Source: Octopus bimaculoides
Taxonomy: Eukaryota
DNA length: 46,127 nt
Direction: 5' to 3'
Assembly: GCF_001194135.2 (NCBI RefSeq)
Contig: NC_068982.1
Span: 163,679,235 to 163,725,361 of the forward strand
The notes under the pieces: model-generated
What the model was told of the DNA's origin: nothing
The model's database searches: none
Seen by the model: the letters and a program-made list of their open reading frames with translations, nothing else
Translations under genes and position numbers: made by a program
Shown here: positions 12,111-25,029 of the stretch, one piece after another
Layout of the letters: each line of letters begins with the position of its first letter
Position numbering within the stretch: the stretch's first letter is position 1

Positions 12111-12801
12111 TTAAAAAAATTGACATATGACCACTGGTATGAAAACCTAATGGTCAGAAATTTGATCACAACAAAACAAATTAATATGTGACTGCTGACA
12201 TAAAATCCTTTGGCAGAAAAGTCTTTATGAATTCAGCAATATAAGAAACAATGCAGATTCGAAATCTATTTCAATTCTTGAAAATTAGACTGTGAAGGTG
12301 TCTGGAAATAGTGAATATGAATTTAAGATCATTATTGTTTCAAACTAGCTGCAAGAAAACTATTAGGCAAAATATCTAAAATAAAAAAAAAGCGATAAAA
12401 CTCAAACACAGTTGTAACGTCAATGAAACATATATAGATTTATGTGCGTATGTATGCATGTTTGATTACATTTGCACTTTCATAAAAAGCACTGAGATAC
12501 CAGTCGTATTGCTGTTGTCATTTCTCCAGTCAACAAATCAACTTCTGGCTTTGTGCCTTCAAAGGTGTGTAGAATAAGTGATCCTTTACTTGAAAAACAG
12601 GTCAGGGTTAGTGACAAGAAAGGCATCCAGCTGTAAAACAATGCCACAGTAATATATTCAATTAATGCTAACATGAAAAAAAATGGACATGAAAAATTGA
12701 ACAGAAAAAAGATTTGTGTGTGAGTGAGTGTATGATTGTGTGTGTTGTGTGTGATTATGTGTGTTTGTGTGTGTGTGTGTGCATGTGTGTATGTGTGTGT
12801 A

Positions 12802-12890
<89 letters not shown>

Positions 12891-12899
12891 ATATAAAGA

Positions 12900-13140
12900 A
12901 ATTTAATATGAGAAGATGGAATGAACAGGCTTTATTACAAATCTATAAATCACTCATTTCAGATGTTTGGGTGCATCAGTATCAACTGGTAAATGCTGAA
13001 TGTTACATACACTATACACATTATTGCATTAATATGATCCAATAATAGCTGTATACATGCATGTCTCCAGGTGAGTAGAGTCCAAATCATTGCTTGATCA
13101 TCTTCAGTTCCTCTTTGTTTATACCTATACCATTATGTTA
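12900..13140 (+). mobile_element. Possible I-group LINE RT C-terminal relic
   Basis: RRWNEQALLQIYKSLI resembles WG....LL.LY.SLIRS.LDYG; the downstream frames are only weakly similar. Confidence 0.35.
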
Positions 13141-13548
13141 TTTTTAGTATTCCATTGATGAAGGACAACACAGAAATACAAAAGAGGTACAAATGAAAAA
13201 AAAAAAAAATTAATGGAAACTAAAAAAAATGAAATAACCCCTTATTCTCTCCATTCATGATTGCAGATTTGTCTTGACTTTTAGGAAAATAAATGACCAT
13301 TCTAAGATAGTAATATAAAATGATAAACATGAACAAGTACTTGTCTTTTGTATCTGTTACTGTTACACTTCAGAGGAAATCAGTGGCTTATGGTCAGTTC
13401 CTTAGCATAGCAGGAAACCAAAACCTGTCTACTTACAGACTTAATTTTGGCTTTATAGCATTACTATTGCTGGGCTTTGTTACAGTTGATTTAGAAGTCA
13501 TTAAGAGAGGTTATTAAATCAAGATTTACTTGCATATACTCTAACTCT

Positions 13549-13682
13549 CCAGCTGTAGAAACTCTGCCAAATTAGATTGGAGCCTGGTGTAGCCATCCGG
13601 TTGCACCAGTCCTCAGTCAAATCGTCCAACCCATGCTAGCATGGAAAGCGGACGTTAAACGATGATGATGATGATGATGATA
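13549..13682 (+). mobile_element. 5'-truncated, well-preserved SINE tail ending in (GAT)n
   Basis: ccagctgtagaaactctgcc...ccatgctagcatggaaagcggacgttaaacgatgatgatg; CpGs are retained. Confidence 0.85.
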
Positions 13683-13859
13683 TTGTTGGATCATATTAAT
13701 GCAATAGTATATATAATATATACATACAACTTTCAGCAATTACTTGCTGATACTGATGCAACAAAACAATTGCAGAGATTTTTAATAAAGCCTCTTCATT
13801 CATCTTCTTGTACTAAAATTCTTTTGTATGAACTCTACAGATAGTTGCAGATTTCCACA

Positions 13860-14360
13860 TGTATATCCAGTAAGAAGAGAAGTCCTGAAGAGGAGCTTCG
13901 GAAAGCATGCTATAAATTTATTGCCAGGTAAAGAAGTGCTGAGCTCTAATTGTGGAGGCTACCTGTGGAAAGAGTAGACCCCAGGAAGATGTGAAACGAA
14001 GTGGTGAGAAAGTATCTTCAGATGCTGAGCCTCATTGAAGAAATAACAAGAGACTGGGAGATGTGACGATTTGCTGTTCATGATAAGATGCAACATACCA
14101 AATAAAATCATACATACAGGATTATCCTTTCAGGTGCTAGTGCCACTTAAAAAGTATTCATGTCAGTGTTGAGTAGACACAGCATGTAAAAAGCACCTAA
14201 CACACTCTGTTAAGTGGTTGGCATTAGGAAGGGCATCCAGTCATAGAAACCATATCACAACAGACAGTCAGAGTCTGGACAGCTCCCTGATAGCCAGCTC
14301 CATATCAAACCATCCAATCCATGCCAGCATGGAGATCAGATGTTAAATAATGATGATGAT
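13860..14360 (+). mobile_element. RTE LINE 3' end relic followed by a SINE-type tail
   Basis: LIVEATCGKSRPQED resembles VEGTCGRGRPRKTW of the RTE C-terminus. The tail ends ccatgccagcatggagatcagatgttaaataatgatgatg. Confidence 0.65.
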
Positions 14361-14675
14361 ATGTATATATACAATGTATGGAAGAATACTAAGTAAGCAT
14401 GGTAGAGATAGTTACCAGGTAATGCTCTCCTTTGTCCAGTGCAAATAGCACTGAGGTAGGAGGTTGGCTATAAGAATGATCTTCATTGAACAGGTATGGA
14501 ATCCAAAAAGACAAAAACAAAAGTAGGCAGAAGGAATGTGTTCACATGGAAGTTGCATATACCATTTATTTGTATATGCAACTTACTATTTGAATACATT
14601 TCTGACACCTACTTTTGTTTGCCTGTCTTTTCTCTTCATATATATGTATACATATAGATATACCACTCTTTCCTT

Positions 14676-14719
<44 letters not shown>

Positions 14720-15001
14720 NNNNNNNNNNNNNNNNNNNNNNNNNNNNNNNNNNNNNNNNNNNNNNNNNNNNNNNNNNNNNNNNNNNNNNNNNNNNNNNNN
14801 NNNNNNNNNNNNNNNNNNNNNNNNNNNNNNNNNNNNNNNNNNNNNNNNNNNNNNNNNNNNNNNNNNNNNNNNNNNNNNNNNNNNNNNNNNNNNNNNNNNN
14901 NNNNNNNNNNNNNNNNNNNNNNNNNNNNNNNNNNNNNNNNNNNNNNNNNNNNNNNNNNNNNNNNNNNNNNNNNNNNNNNNNNNNNNNNNNNNNNNNNNNN
15001 N

Positions 15002-15052
<51 letters not shown>

Positions 15053-17404
15053 TGTATGTATGTATGTATATAAAAATATATAAATATATATGCACATATA
15101 TATATTTATCTTATATTTATGTTAGGAGAGAGTGAGAGAGAGAGAAAGACAGGAAATGCATTATACAATAGAAGTTGGGATGTCTTTGTTACATAATTTT
15201 CAGAAAGCATCTATAATTTAAATTGACATTGCAACTCCCCCTCTAGCAATCTTTTCTCAGATACCTTTAATAATATAGAAACCAGTAATGAAATATATAT
15301 ATTCTTTTTTTTTTTTTTATATATCACCAAAACTTTAGGATAAGCAAGTTCCTGCTGACAAAAAGAGAGATTACAAACTGAATTTTATCTTTCTTCTGTA
15401 GAAAAAATTTCTAGTTTTAATCCTGCTATAAGAAATCCACTCACTCCTTTCGTTTTCCTTAAAAACAAACAAACAAATAAACAGCTTTCCAACTGTTTTT
15501 TCTACCTTACAGAGTGTGAAGTCAGTTAAATCTTGCAGGAAGAACATATAATATAGGAAATTAAACTGCCAAGTACAGATAGCTGGTTACCAACTAACTC
15601 ACAATTGTGACATATTTATTGCCATATCATTTCAGTAAAGTGACCTTTCAGAATCAATGAGGTATTATTAAATTTTTGTTGTTATTGTTTCACCACCCCA
15701 TGGATTTTTTTTTTGCCTATGGCATTATCCAGTTCTACTTTATCTAATCTGTTCTTTCTGTATATAAACCATTAAGGTATGATTTGAAAGAAATTTAGTA
15801 GCTAATTCTAGCAGGTTAAGCAACTACATTGAAGCTACATTATTAGCTCATATTATTAAGTATAACTAATTATAAGCAATTACAGAGGTTTCTTCTGTTA
15901 TGTTAATTTTTGATTAAACCCATATTTCCTTTAAATTCTTGAGAACATAACAAAATCCTATTTAAAGTTTTAGTGGTAGTCAGTAAGTTAATACCTGTTC
16001 ATAATTAATAAACATTTTAATGAAACAAATGAGTAAGGAATCTAGGAGGTAACCCGCTATAAGGTCACTTAACTTGCAAGGAAAAGTGAAAATTCTCACT
16101 CAATATATTTGCTTAGTAGATGGGTCAGTCACAATTAGAAGCATTGACCTGAGATTAAATGACTGCTTTCAAGTAATTTGCTGTAGACACAAACAGGAAT
16201 AAAATCTGTAAACTTCCCCCAGCAGACTAGTTCTTTATTAAATGTGTGCTGGCACAAGAGTGTAGTTATAATGTTCACTTTGTAACTATATGGTTTTAGA
16301 TTCAATCCCAAAGTACAGCACCTTGGTTAAGCCACTTCAAATATAGCATCAAATTGGCCAAAGGCTTGTGAGTTAAATCTGGTTGATGGAAACTATATGG
16401 AAGCCTGACAGAAGGATCATTCCTAACTTTAGATGGTAGATTTAAGCTACTGCATGATATAAAGCACCTGTCTATGTAACTGTAAAATGTATATCACTCT
16501 ATAAAACTCAGTAGTAAGTCTTGTTAATAGGAGACTTTTTCTTACCACCTTAGTTTCAGAAAAACAAATCAATGCAGCCTCCAAGCAATTTTCAGACATT
16601 TTAGAAATAAAAACTAAATCACTTTCAAATCATATTGTACCTTAGAAGGGAAGACATTGAATAATGTAATTCTAGATACATTGTGTAATTCTAGAAAATT
16701 GGATCCGGAAAGCAGACATTAAACGACAATGACGATGATGATTATTGTTTGACAAATAAAAATGGAATGGGTACAGTTTGAATGCCTTTGATCATAGAAA
16801 TGTCAATTTGGAGTTAAAGACATCAAAAATATAGCTTATCACAAGAGCAAGGAATTGTTTAGCTTGAAAGATTTCTCCTCTCGTGAATTACTGTTGGACC
16901 TTCTAGTTTCTAGTATCTTGCCAAGATCTTTACTTTTGCTGCAGTATCTTTCTACCCACTACGTCTTACCAAGACAGCTTTATAAATAGTAATCTGCTGA
17001 TAAAACAACTGCATTTGCAACTTCAAACACCAAACACAGAACAAAACTTTTCCAAATATCTCTTCACTTCAACTTACACCATCACCAATTACACACAGTT
17101 GTAAAATGTGAAAACTCAAATCCATTCAACTCAACACAGTAACTGATCTTCATGGTATTGCTTTCCATAGACTCAAATAATATGAGTTAGAGAAAGCTAC
17201 TATTCTCATCATGCTCCTCAGTATTTTCTTTCCTTTTACAGAGATCTATGTCTTCCTAAGGGAAATACATTTTTTACTTGCTAGGAATGGAAGAATAGTC
17301 CCTTGATTCTTGCAGTCTTCTGAGACTGGTGAAATAGATGCTATTAATGCTCCATTTAAATATGCAATAATGAGTTCTTTCCCAAGCAGAACAATCTTTC
17401 TTAA

Positions 17405-17621
17405 CCCTTTAGTATTTAAACCGGCCATATCTGGCCCAAATATTTTACCTGTTTTATATTCAAACTGGCCAAATCTTGTCTCTCACACCTACTGTACAAT
17501 GTCATACTAAAAATAAACAATCACATCACTGAAATTTCAAAGCTAAAAGATAATGCATGATTAATTCAAAACAATGTGAAAGGAGCATTACATTTGACAA
17601 AGTAATCTGAATGTTGAAGAT
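17405..17621. mobile_element. piggyBac-type MITE between TTAA sites
   Basis: TTAA at 17401-17404 followed by CCCTTTAGTATT. The right end is degenerate (AATGTTGAAGAT) with TTAA at 17622-17625. Confidence 0.45.
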
Positions 17622-18494
17622 TTAATTAATTCAGCCTTCAATCAACAATTAATGCAATCTCTGTCAAGCCCAGGCCACTGAATGAGTCTGTGCACTCTTA
17701 CTTATCATACACACATCCAAAGATAAGGTTTCCCTTTCTACCACATTTTACAAGTCATTTCTGTTACTTCCATGAACTTTTGAAATGTATATGGGTAAGT
17801 TGTGTAGTAAACTCATCAAACATATTCCAGCTCAGAAAATTGGACCTTAATCATATCTTGTAGAAGAGTATTTGCGTAAAATAACTAAAACAGGTGATCA
17901 ACAATTGGAAGATAAGAATTTTGGTTCTTATTAAAATCTTATTAAGATAATTTATATTTATGAATAATAATATTTAGTAAATTTTATATGAGATTTAACT
18001 AATCCTTTTAAGGCAATTAATAGTTATTGGATTGGAGTCATGCTCCAATATAAGTGCAATCAAATGACTGAAACATGTGAAAATAAATAAGGCTGGAGAA
18101 AAATGAATTCATATGGAATATTCATTTATATATAAGTTAGAGTGCAGAAGATCTGAAAGTGAATAACTACATATTGAAAAACCTTAGCCAATAAAAGCAG
18201 GAGAAGTAACTGTGCTGGTCATGTGAACAGGTGATAACTGGTATAAATAGAAAACAATGTTGTAAACTAATTTAAGAAGGTGTGTACTACAGAAAAAATC
18301 TCATGTTGATATGAGAAGAGCTGGTCAAGTTTGACCTTAACATGTTAAACCTTACTTAAAAGATGATACATAATCAAAAGAAATTGTAACATGACTAATT
18401 GAAAATCTAAATAACTCATACCAACTTGGAAAACAAATTAAGGGATAATATTGGAACATATTTCTCATCTTTAATCTTCACAAAATAATCTCCT

Positions 18495-18700
18495 GGTCAA
18501 TGATAATGATGATAATGATGGCAACCATCTCAATGATGACAATGACATCATCACTACTGATGATGGTGATGCTGATTCTTATCATCAAGCTCATCAGCAT
18601 CATTTTTGTAATTGCTTTGGCTGTGGTGGATGTCATGCCACCACTATCTCTACTGTAACTGCCATCATTCTGACCATCACTTTTCTGACCATTATTATAT
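18495..18700. repeat. Degenerate (GAT)/(CAT) trinucleotide low-complexity tract
   Basis: gataatgatgataatgatgg...catcagcatcatt. Confidence 0.8.
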
Positions 18701-19836
18701 AGAGACAATAGCAGCTAAACAAACACAAATACATGGACGCAAGAAGATCCTACTTTACATAGATAAGCAGTGACATAAACAATCAGTTATATGTAGATAA
18801 ATATTTAGGCTAGAAATACAAATAGATCAACAGATAGAAATGATCAATAACCCATAATGCATCAGTGGATTGTCTCTGAAAAAGTTTCATGCTGTAAGTT
18901 AAGTTTAATTCAGTACCACAGAACCTAACCCTCTCTAGGTAAGAATATAACTGTAAATTACCAGTATGCAAAGTAAAATTCTGTTGAGTAATAATTAAAC
19001 CTGCATTGTAAATTTGGTGAGTTGCAAACTTAGCTCCAATCTACAGTGCTCGTACCGAGCTCAACAAATAGACAAACAGAGAAATTATTAAGCATAACAA
19101 TTGATAGGTGGATATATATACTGTTGGGTATTAACGTCAGCAGTTTGTTTTGAACTGATATATAATGATGCAGAAGAAAGTACTGCGTAAATCTTGAAAG
19201 AAAACAAAGACAAAAAAAAAAAATGACAAATCCTGATTCTTTAAGCTATGCATACAGAGATTAGGCAGTTTATTGTCTGAGCTTTGGTAGATGCTAGAAA
19301 GGCATTTATTATGTTAGAAATTAAGTTAAGAAGCTCATGTCAACTAAAATGAGAAACAAATACAAAGTGTGTAAAATGAGAAAAGTAACATCTTACATTG
19401 TAGTTTGAATCATTAGAAAATATACACTGCTTAAATAAATTATCCTTTGGGAAAAATTGAAAATGTATTTCAATTTAACAAGAGTTCTGGCTATTATTTC
19501 TATATATTGCCTCTTATAAATCTATTTCATTAATTTTATATAACCTTCAGGTAATGGTTTTTATTTTTAATTTTATTGTTATATATTTTTTTTAATGTTC
19601 TGCTAAGTTAATTTTCTAACAATTTCACCTAATTATATGCTTTCAGAAAAGATGAGAATTTTTGATCTAATCACAAAAGATATTTCAAATAAATATCATT
19701 TCCATTTTTTCTCTCGGCATATATAGTTGTTGTAAATAATGAATTTATTTTGCTAATTAAGATAATTTGCCATATGTTGCACTACTTGGAAAAAAGTTTT
19801 CATTGGAAAAAGAAGACTTGGCATTAAATTTAAATT

Positions 19837-19871
<35 letters not shown>

Positions 19872-21019
19872 TTGCCTATTGGTAGTGTTAGATTGGTTAT
19901 TTGTTAAACATATGCATGACTATTTACTGTTTCATTAATGTATTTTTTTGTATTGTTAAAAGTATCAGTCTTTCATTGCACATTTAATGTCTGTTCACAA
20001 GAATGACTGATATTATCAACTGTAAAACAGAATAAAAAAGTGAATAATAATAGTTAGAGTATTCATTAAATATGAAAAATGACTTCATAAAATGCAACAA
20101 TATCTGTTTCAGCAACAACATTTTAGATCAAATCTCTTGCAAAAAAATATTTGAGAAATAAATATTTTTAAATACAATTTTACACAATGTAACAGAAGCA
20201 GCATCAGAACATTCAAGAATGTTAATTTTGATCTTTATTTGAGTAAGAGAAAACACACTGTCATAAGTTTCAGATATTTTTACAAGCTACAATGATTTTC
20301 ACATCTTTGATGGTTAGTAATATGTCCTTCTATGATCTCTAATTGATGAGATATAATAGTTATTATTACACCTCTTGTTCTAATAAATTGTTTACCCAGG
20401 TTTTTACTCAATAAATCTTTATTTTAACATTTATGGATCGCAGTTATCTTAAAATTACTTAAAATTAGCTGTATTATTTTTTCAGTTGTTAAAAAATTTT
20501 TTAAACAAACTATTTGATTATGTGGGTTGTATATGCAGTCTGTCATAGTAGGATTTAAATCTTGCTTGCAGCATTAAGGCATATAATAATTACTGATATT
20601 TGTTTGTGTCATCTGGAAATTGATAAATAAAGAATTAACTGAAGTTACAATCACAATATTTTATGGTTTAGAAGTGACCCTATGTCTTAGTCATTTATTA
20701 TAATTCCTTCCATATTTAGAATATGTTACTGCCCCAGTACTTGACTGTTGCTTTATTTTAGACTCTAAAAAGGAAAAGGTGAAGTTGACTTTAACAGAGT
20801 TTGAACTTGAAATGCAAAAGGCTGTAAGCAAAAGCAATAAGATATTTTGCATTTTGTCTGATATTTAAATGATTCTGATAAAAAAAAGTTAGGGACACAG
20901 TTCTCCTTATGTCATAATTGGTACTAGTAGAAAATAAACTGTTGGATTTCAATTGGCAATGAATCTTAATTTTCATCATCTATACTAAATACATTCACAA
21001 CTTTTATATTAACACATGC

Positions 21020-23480
21020 TTCCTTGGGTTATTTCATCATCATCATCATCATTTTCACATTTGTTTTCCATGCTTGCATGACTGGATGGGTCCTCTCCAA
21101 TAGTATCTTGTCAATTATGAAGTTTAACACCCTGAAATCTTCTATCGCTTCTACCATGTCTTCCCTTTATTTCAAATCTGCAGCTTCATTTGACTTGAAT
21201 CTCTTGGCACTTCTTTACCCATGCATACACACTAAATGCTTGTACCAACACATTTTTCTCTCTGCACACTATAATTGATATCTCTTATACTCAGGTTTCC
21301 TGTTAGCTCACCCGTGCCTCATTCTTCATGCATACTAACATTACACATTCAGCAGAATGTTCTTATTTTATTTCTTTAGTGCTCTTTTCACATCCTCTAC
21401 ATTATGTCAATGGCCTGTTACTATGCAACATCTCACTTTGTTTATAAACATCATCACTCTTTGTTTGAAAAAAAAATCCCCTGGTCAGCAGAGGACTTTC
21501 CCCACACTCTTCTTATTCTGGTTACTGTGCCTTTAGAGCACGCACCTCTTCAGTTAGTTAGGTCATCTAAGTAATAGAAGTTCTCAACTACTTCTTTGTA
21601 GCCTTTCAAACATTAAGAAGAATTTTTTTCACTTGTGCATTTACTAATAATTACTTATGTGCATCCACCACATACAAAGTTTTATTTTGTCTGTCAGACT
21701 GCTTGTGATCCAATTTCACCTCTTATGCATCCATACTTTACATTAGGTACATCATATGGAAGTCCTATTTACACCTTTCCGGCATATTGAGTATGGCCAT
21801 TTACCTAATTGCAGCATGATTATATCTTCTGTTCTCTTCACTAAAATATGAGTCTTTGTTAAATTTGCTTTGAAGATTCTCAATTGTAGGTTCTGTTTCT
21901 ACACCTGGAAGAATTTCTTCTCTTAATCTATCACACATTCAGGTATAAATGGTAGTCATCTGATGGTCTTAAAATCTCATGAGGGCCTTGAAGGGTTTTA
22001 GTCGAACAAACTGACTCCAGGACTTATTTTTTAAGCATAGTACTTATTCTGTTGGTTTCTTTTGCTGAACCACTAAGTTACAGGGATGTAAATACATAAA
22101 CACCAGTTGTCAAGTGGTGATGGGGACAAACACAGACACAAAGATGTACATACATAAATATATACACACATGCATGCACACACGTGCACATACACACATA
22201 TACATACATGCATGCATGCATGCATGCATGCATCCATACATCCATTCTTCCATCCATCCATCCACCCATACATACATACATACATACGGTGGGTTTCTTT
22301 CAGCTTCTGTCCACCAAATCCACTCACAGGGCTTTGGTTGACTTCAGGCTATAGTAGAAGACACATGCCCAAGGTGCCATACAATGGGACTGAACCTGGA
22401 AGCAAGCTTTTTACTACACAGCCACACCTTCACCTATATTCATCTTTTGCTAAAGACCACCTGACAACAGAGCATGGCATCCTGTTAGAAACTTTCTCCA
22501 TATCAGTGAATGTTTACAAGAGTGGTCTTCTCTTAGCTATGAATGTCTTTTTAGGAAGAGCATCAGTGTTAACTCTGATCTGGCACCCATCTTAACTGTC
22601 TCAGCTCAGATAAGTCTCTTCTTTGTCAGTTGCGCTACTATTATTTCTCTTAAGTTTATAACTTAACAGTTAAGTTGATCCATCAGTCTTATAGCTGTGT
22701 TATTGCCTCTTTCTAGAGCAGTTGATGAGTATACTGCTATGTCAGTCATTGGGGAGGATATTTCTTTGCAGCACCTGACTTACTATGCAAATGACTCACC
22801 TGCGCCCTGCTTTGCTAAATATTTTCGGTGCCATCAGTGACTCTCATTAATATTCTAGCAGCTTTCCTTGCTTTCATATCCTTAATGGCATATAACTATC
22901 AACTCTAATAGATAGTATTTTTGTTGTATCAACTTGAATTAGTCCTTTCCACACATTCTTTTTATTTAGCAATTTCTTGTAATAACATTTCATACCTTCT
23001 TCTCAGTGTTACTGAAGGTTAAGCACACTGCTATTGTTATGAACACATATTTTTTTATGAATAATGTCTTGATTCCAACTGACACACTGCTTTGCGATGT
23101 AAAAACCTAAAGCCCATCATCCTCTCATTACAGAATATTGTGACCTCTTGTTTTCAGCTTCTTTCTGTGCCACATAAATCTAAAACTTAGATTCTCTTCT
23201 AGTTACTTGATATAGTTATTTGTTGTTCGCTTTCTTTCAGTCTTCTGAGTTTGTCCTTTTTGCTTTTACAGCTATATTTATAGTCCTATTCTGCTGACTA
23301 TGTTGCCTTTTATTTGAGAACTACCTTGCTCCAACCACAGACCTTATATGGTCCTTACTAAGCTGTCTGCTAGAAATTCTGTTGTCTTGTATGTTGTAGC
23401 CCTCTAACTCCTCCTTCGTCTTCTCATATGTATTATCTATAACCTCAGTGAACCTATGTTTGGCAGGCATCTTTCAATTT
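21020..23480 (-). mobile_element. Degenerate RTE LINE (~2 kb) with 3' tail, interrupted by a SINE
   Basis: Minus strand reads EVVENFYYLDDLTN*RGACSKGTVTRIRRVWESPLL (21490-21595), with a Cys-rich NFVCGGCT segment. It ends in catgcaagcatggaaaacaaatgtgaaaatgatgatgatg. Confidence 0.8.
22000..22435 (-). mobile_element. SINE nested in the RTE LINE
   Basis: ctttcagcttctgtccaccaaatccactcacagggc...ctatagtagaagacac (reverse core), internal (CA)/(CATG)/(CATC) repeats and reverse tail. Confidence 0.85.
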
Positions 23481-24279
23481 TTTTACATTTCTTGTCTAGA
23501 TTATCTTTGTTTGTCCCCTAAATTAAAGATCTCACAAAGGGAGATCAATGAAATAAGTAACAAACTAATATAAATACTGGGGATATGATCAGCTAAATTC
23601 TTGAATGCACTACCCCAACTTGGCTACAGTCCATTTAGGGAAACTAGCAAAAGAGCAAGACATACTGATGTGCTATTTTAAGAAAGATAGTAATATATTG
23701 ATCATTGGTCTTCATTCCATGATGAAAGGTGCTGTTCAAAAGCCACTTCACTTCTTTTGCTTGCTGATAGAAATTCATTTGTATTCTTAAATTCTAGTGA
23801 TTATGTGATATAGAGCCTGTCTATTCTTCTTTAAAATCTAAATCATATTTATTACATTTATCTAAATGCTGTTAACATTATATTCAGTTAAATGATAAAT
23901 ATTTCCAATAAGTTGTTGATATTTAAAGATAAGATATCTTATATTCTGATAATATATAAAATTTACTATTTGTTAATTTGAACATATCCAAGAAAAATTT
24001 TAAAGGAAATATAAAATACACACATATGTACACATGTGAACATATGTACATATGTGAGCATATGTTCAAGTATATGTACATATACACTGATGCATGCTCA
24101 TGTGTTTACAAACATAAACACTGTTACATCTAACCCTACATACATATGCATCCACACGAACATATATCTATGGAAAAACACAGCTTCATAATACACACAT
24201 ACATAACTGCAAAGCAACATAGTCGCACAGAGAAGTAATTCTCATAATCATATAAATGTGGTACACACACACGCATGTT

Positions 24280-24343
<64 letters not shown>

Positions 24344-25029
24344 TGTATACATATATATACATACACATATATATATGTGTATATGCATGTATACATACAC
24401 ATATATATATTTATATTTACACTTATACACATATGTATATATATACTCAAATTCACTTAAAACTTATCAATAAACATTCACCTTCATAAGCTCACATCCA
24501 TATAAAACATGTTGCACATGCTTGTACTTATATAAAGCCATGCAGCTACATAAATACTCACATAAAAAACAATCAAAACTACACATATAAATAAGCAAAT
24601 GCATGTGTGTACATATGTACACCATAGATGTACAGATATAAATTAATTAGCTTTGATAGAATTAGCTTATCGTTTTACATCAATTTTCCCATATATTCCT
24701 TTGCTTCAGGCCGATTAAAGAATTTTCTTTCAATCAAACAAAATACATTGCTGATGAGAAATATCTATATATTCATATTATATTACTTTATAATACAATT
24801 CACACACACACATGTAGTTTTTGTTTGCTTTTATCTATTTATTTATCTATCAGTCAGTCTGCCTGTCTGTCAGTCTGCCTTATCTGTTTATCTATCTTGT
24901 TTGGGCAGAGGATACTTCCTGCGTATTTTGCTTTTTGGAATAGGTACATTGTGATATGAATGTTGTTTAATTAATATATTAATGTAGACATTAAATGTCT
25001 ATGCTTGTATGTGTCCTAATTTGGACAGC

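Noticed and set aside
13880-13915. CTGAAGA...GAAAGCATGCTA hammerhead-like string
   Set aside because: Stem II has no loop, stem I is absent, and it lies in an RTE coding remnant.
19973-20019. Strong minus acceptor (ttttttattctgttttacag) then DNISHSCEQTLNVQ*
   Set aside because: No good donor before the stop, the other frames are closed, and there is no supporting context.
24745-24770. CTGATGA directly followed by GAAATATC
   Set aside because: There is no stem II and no stem I; expected by chance in AT-rich DNA.
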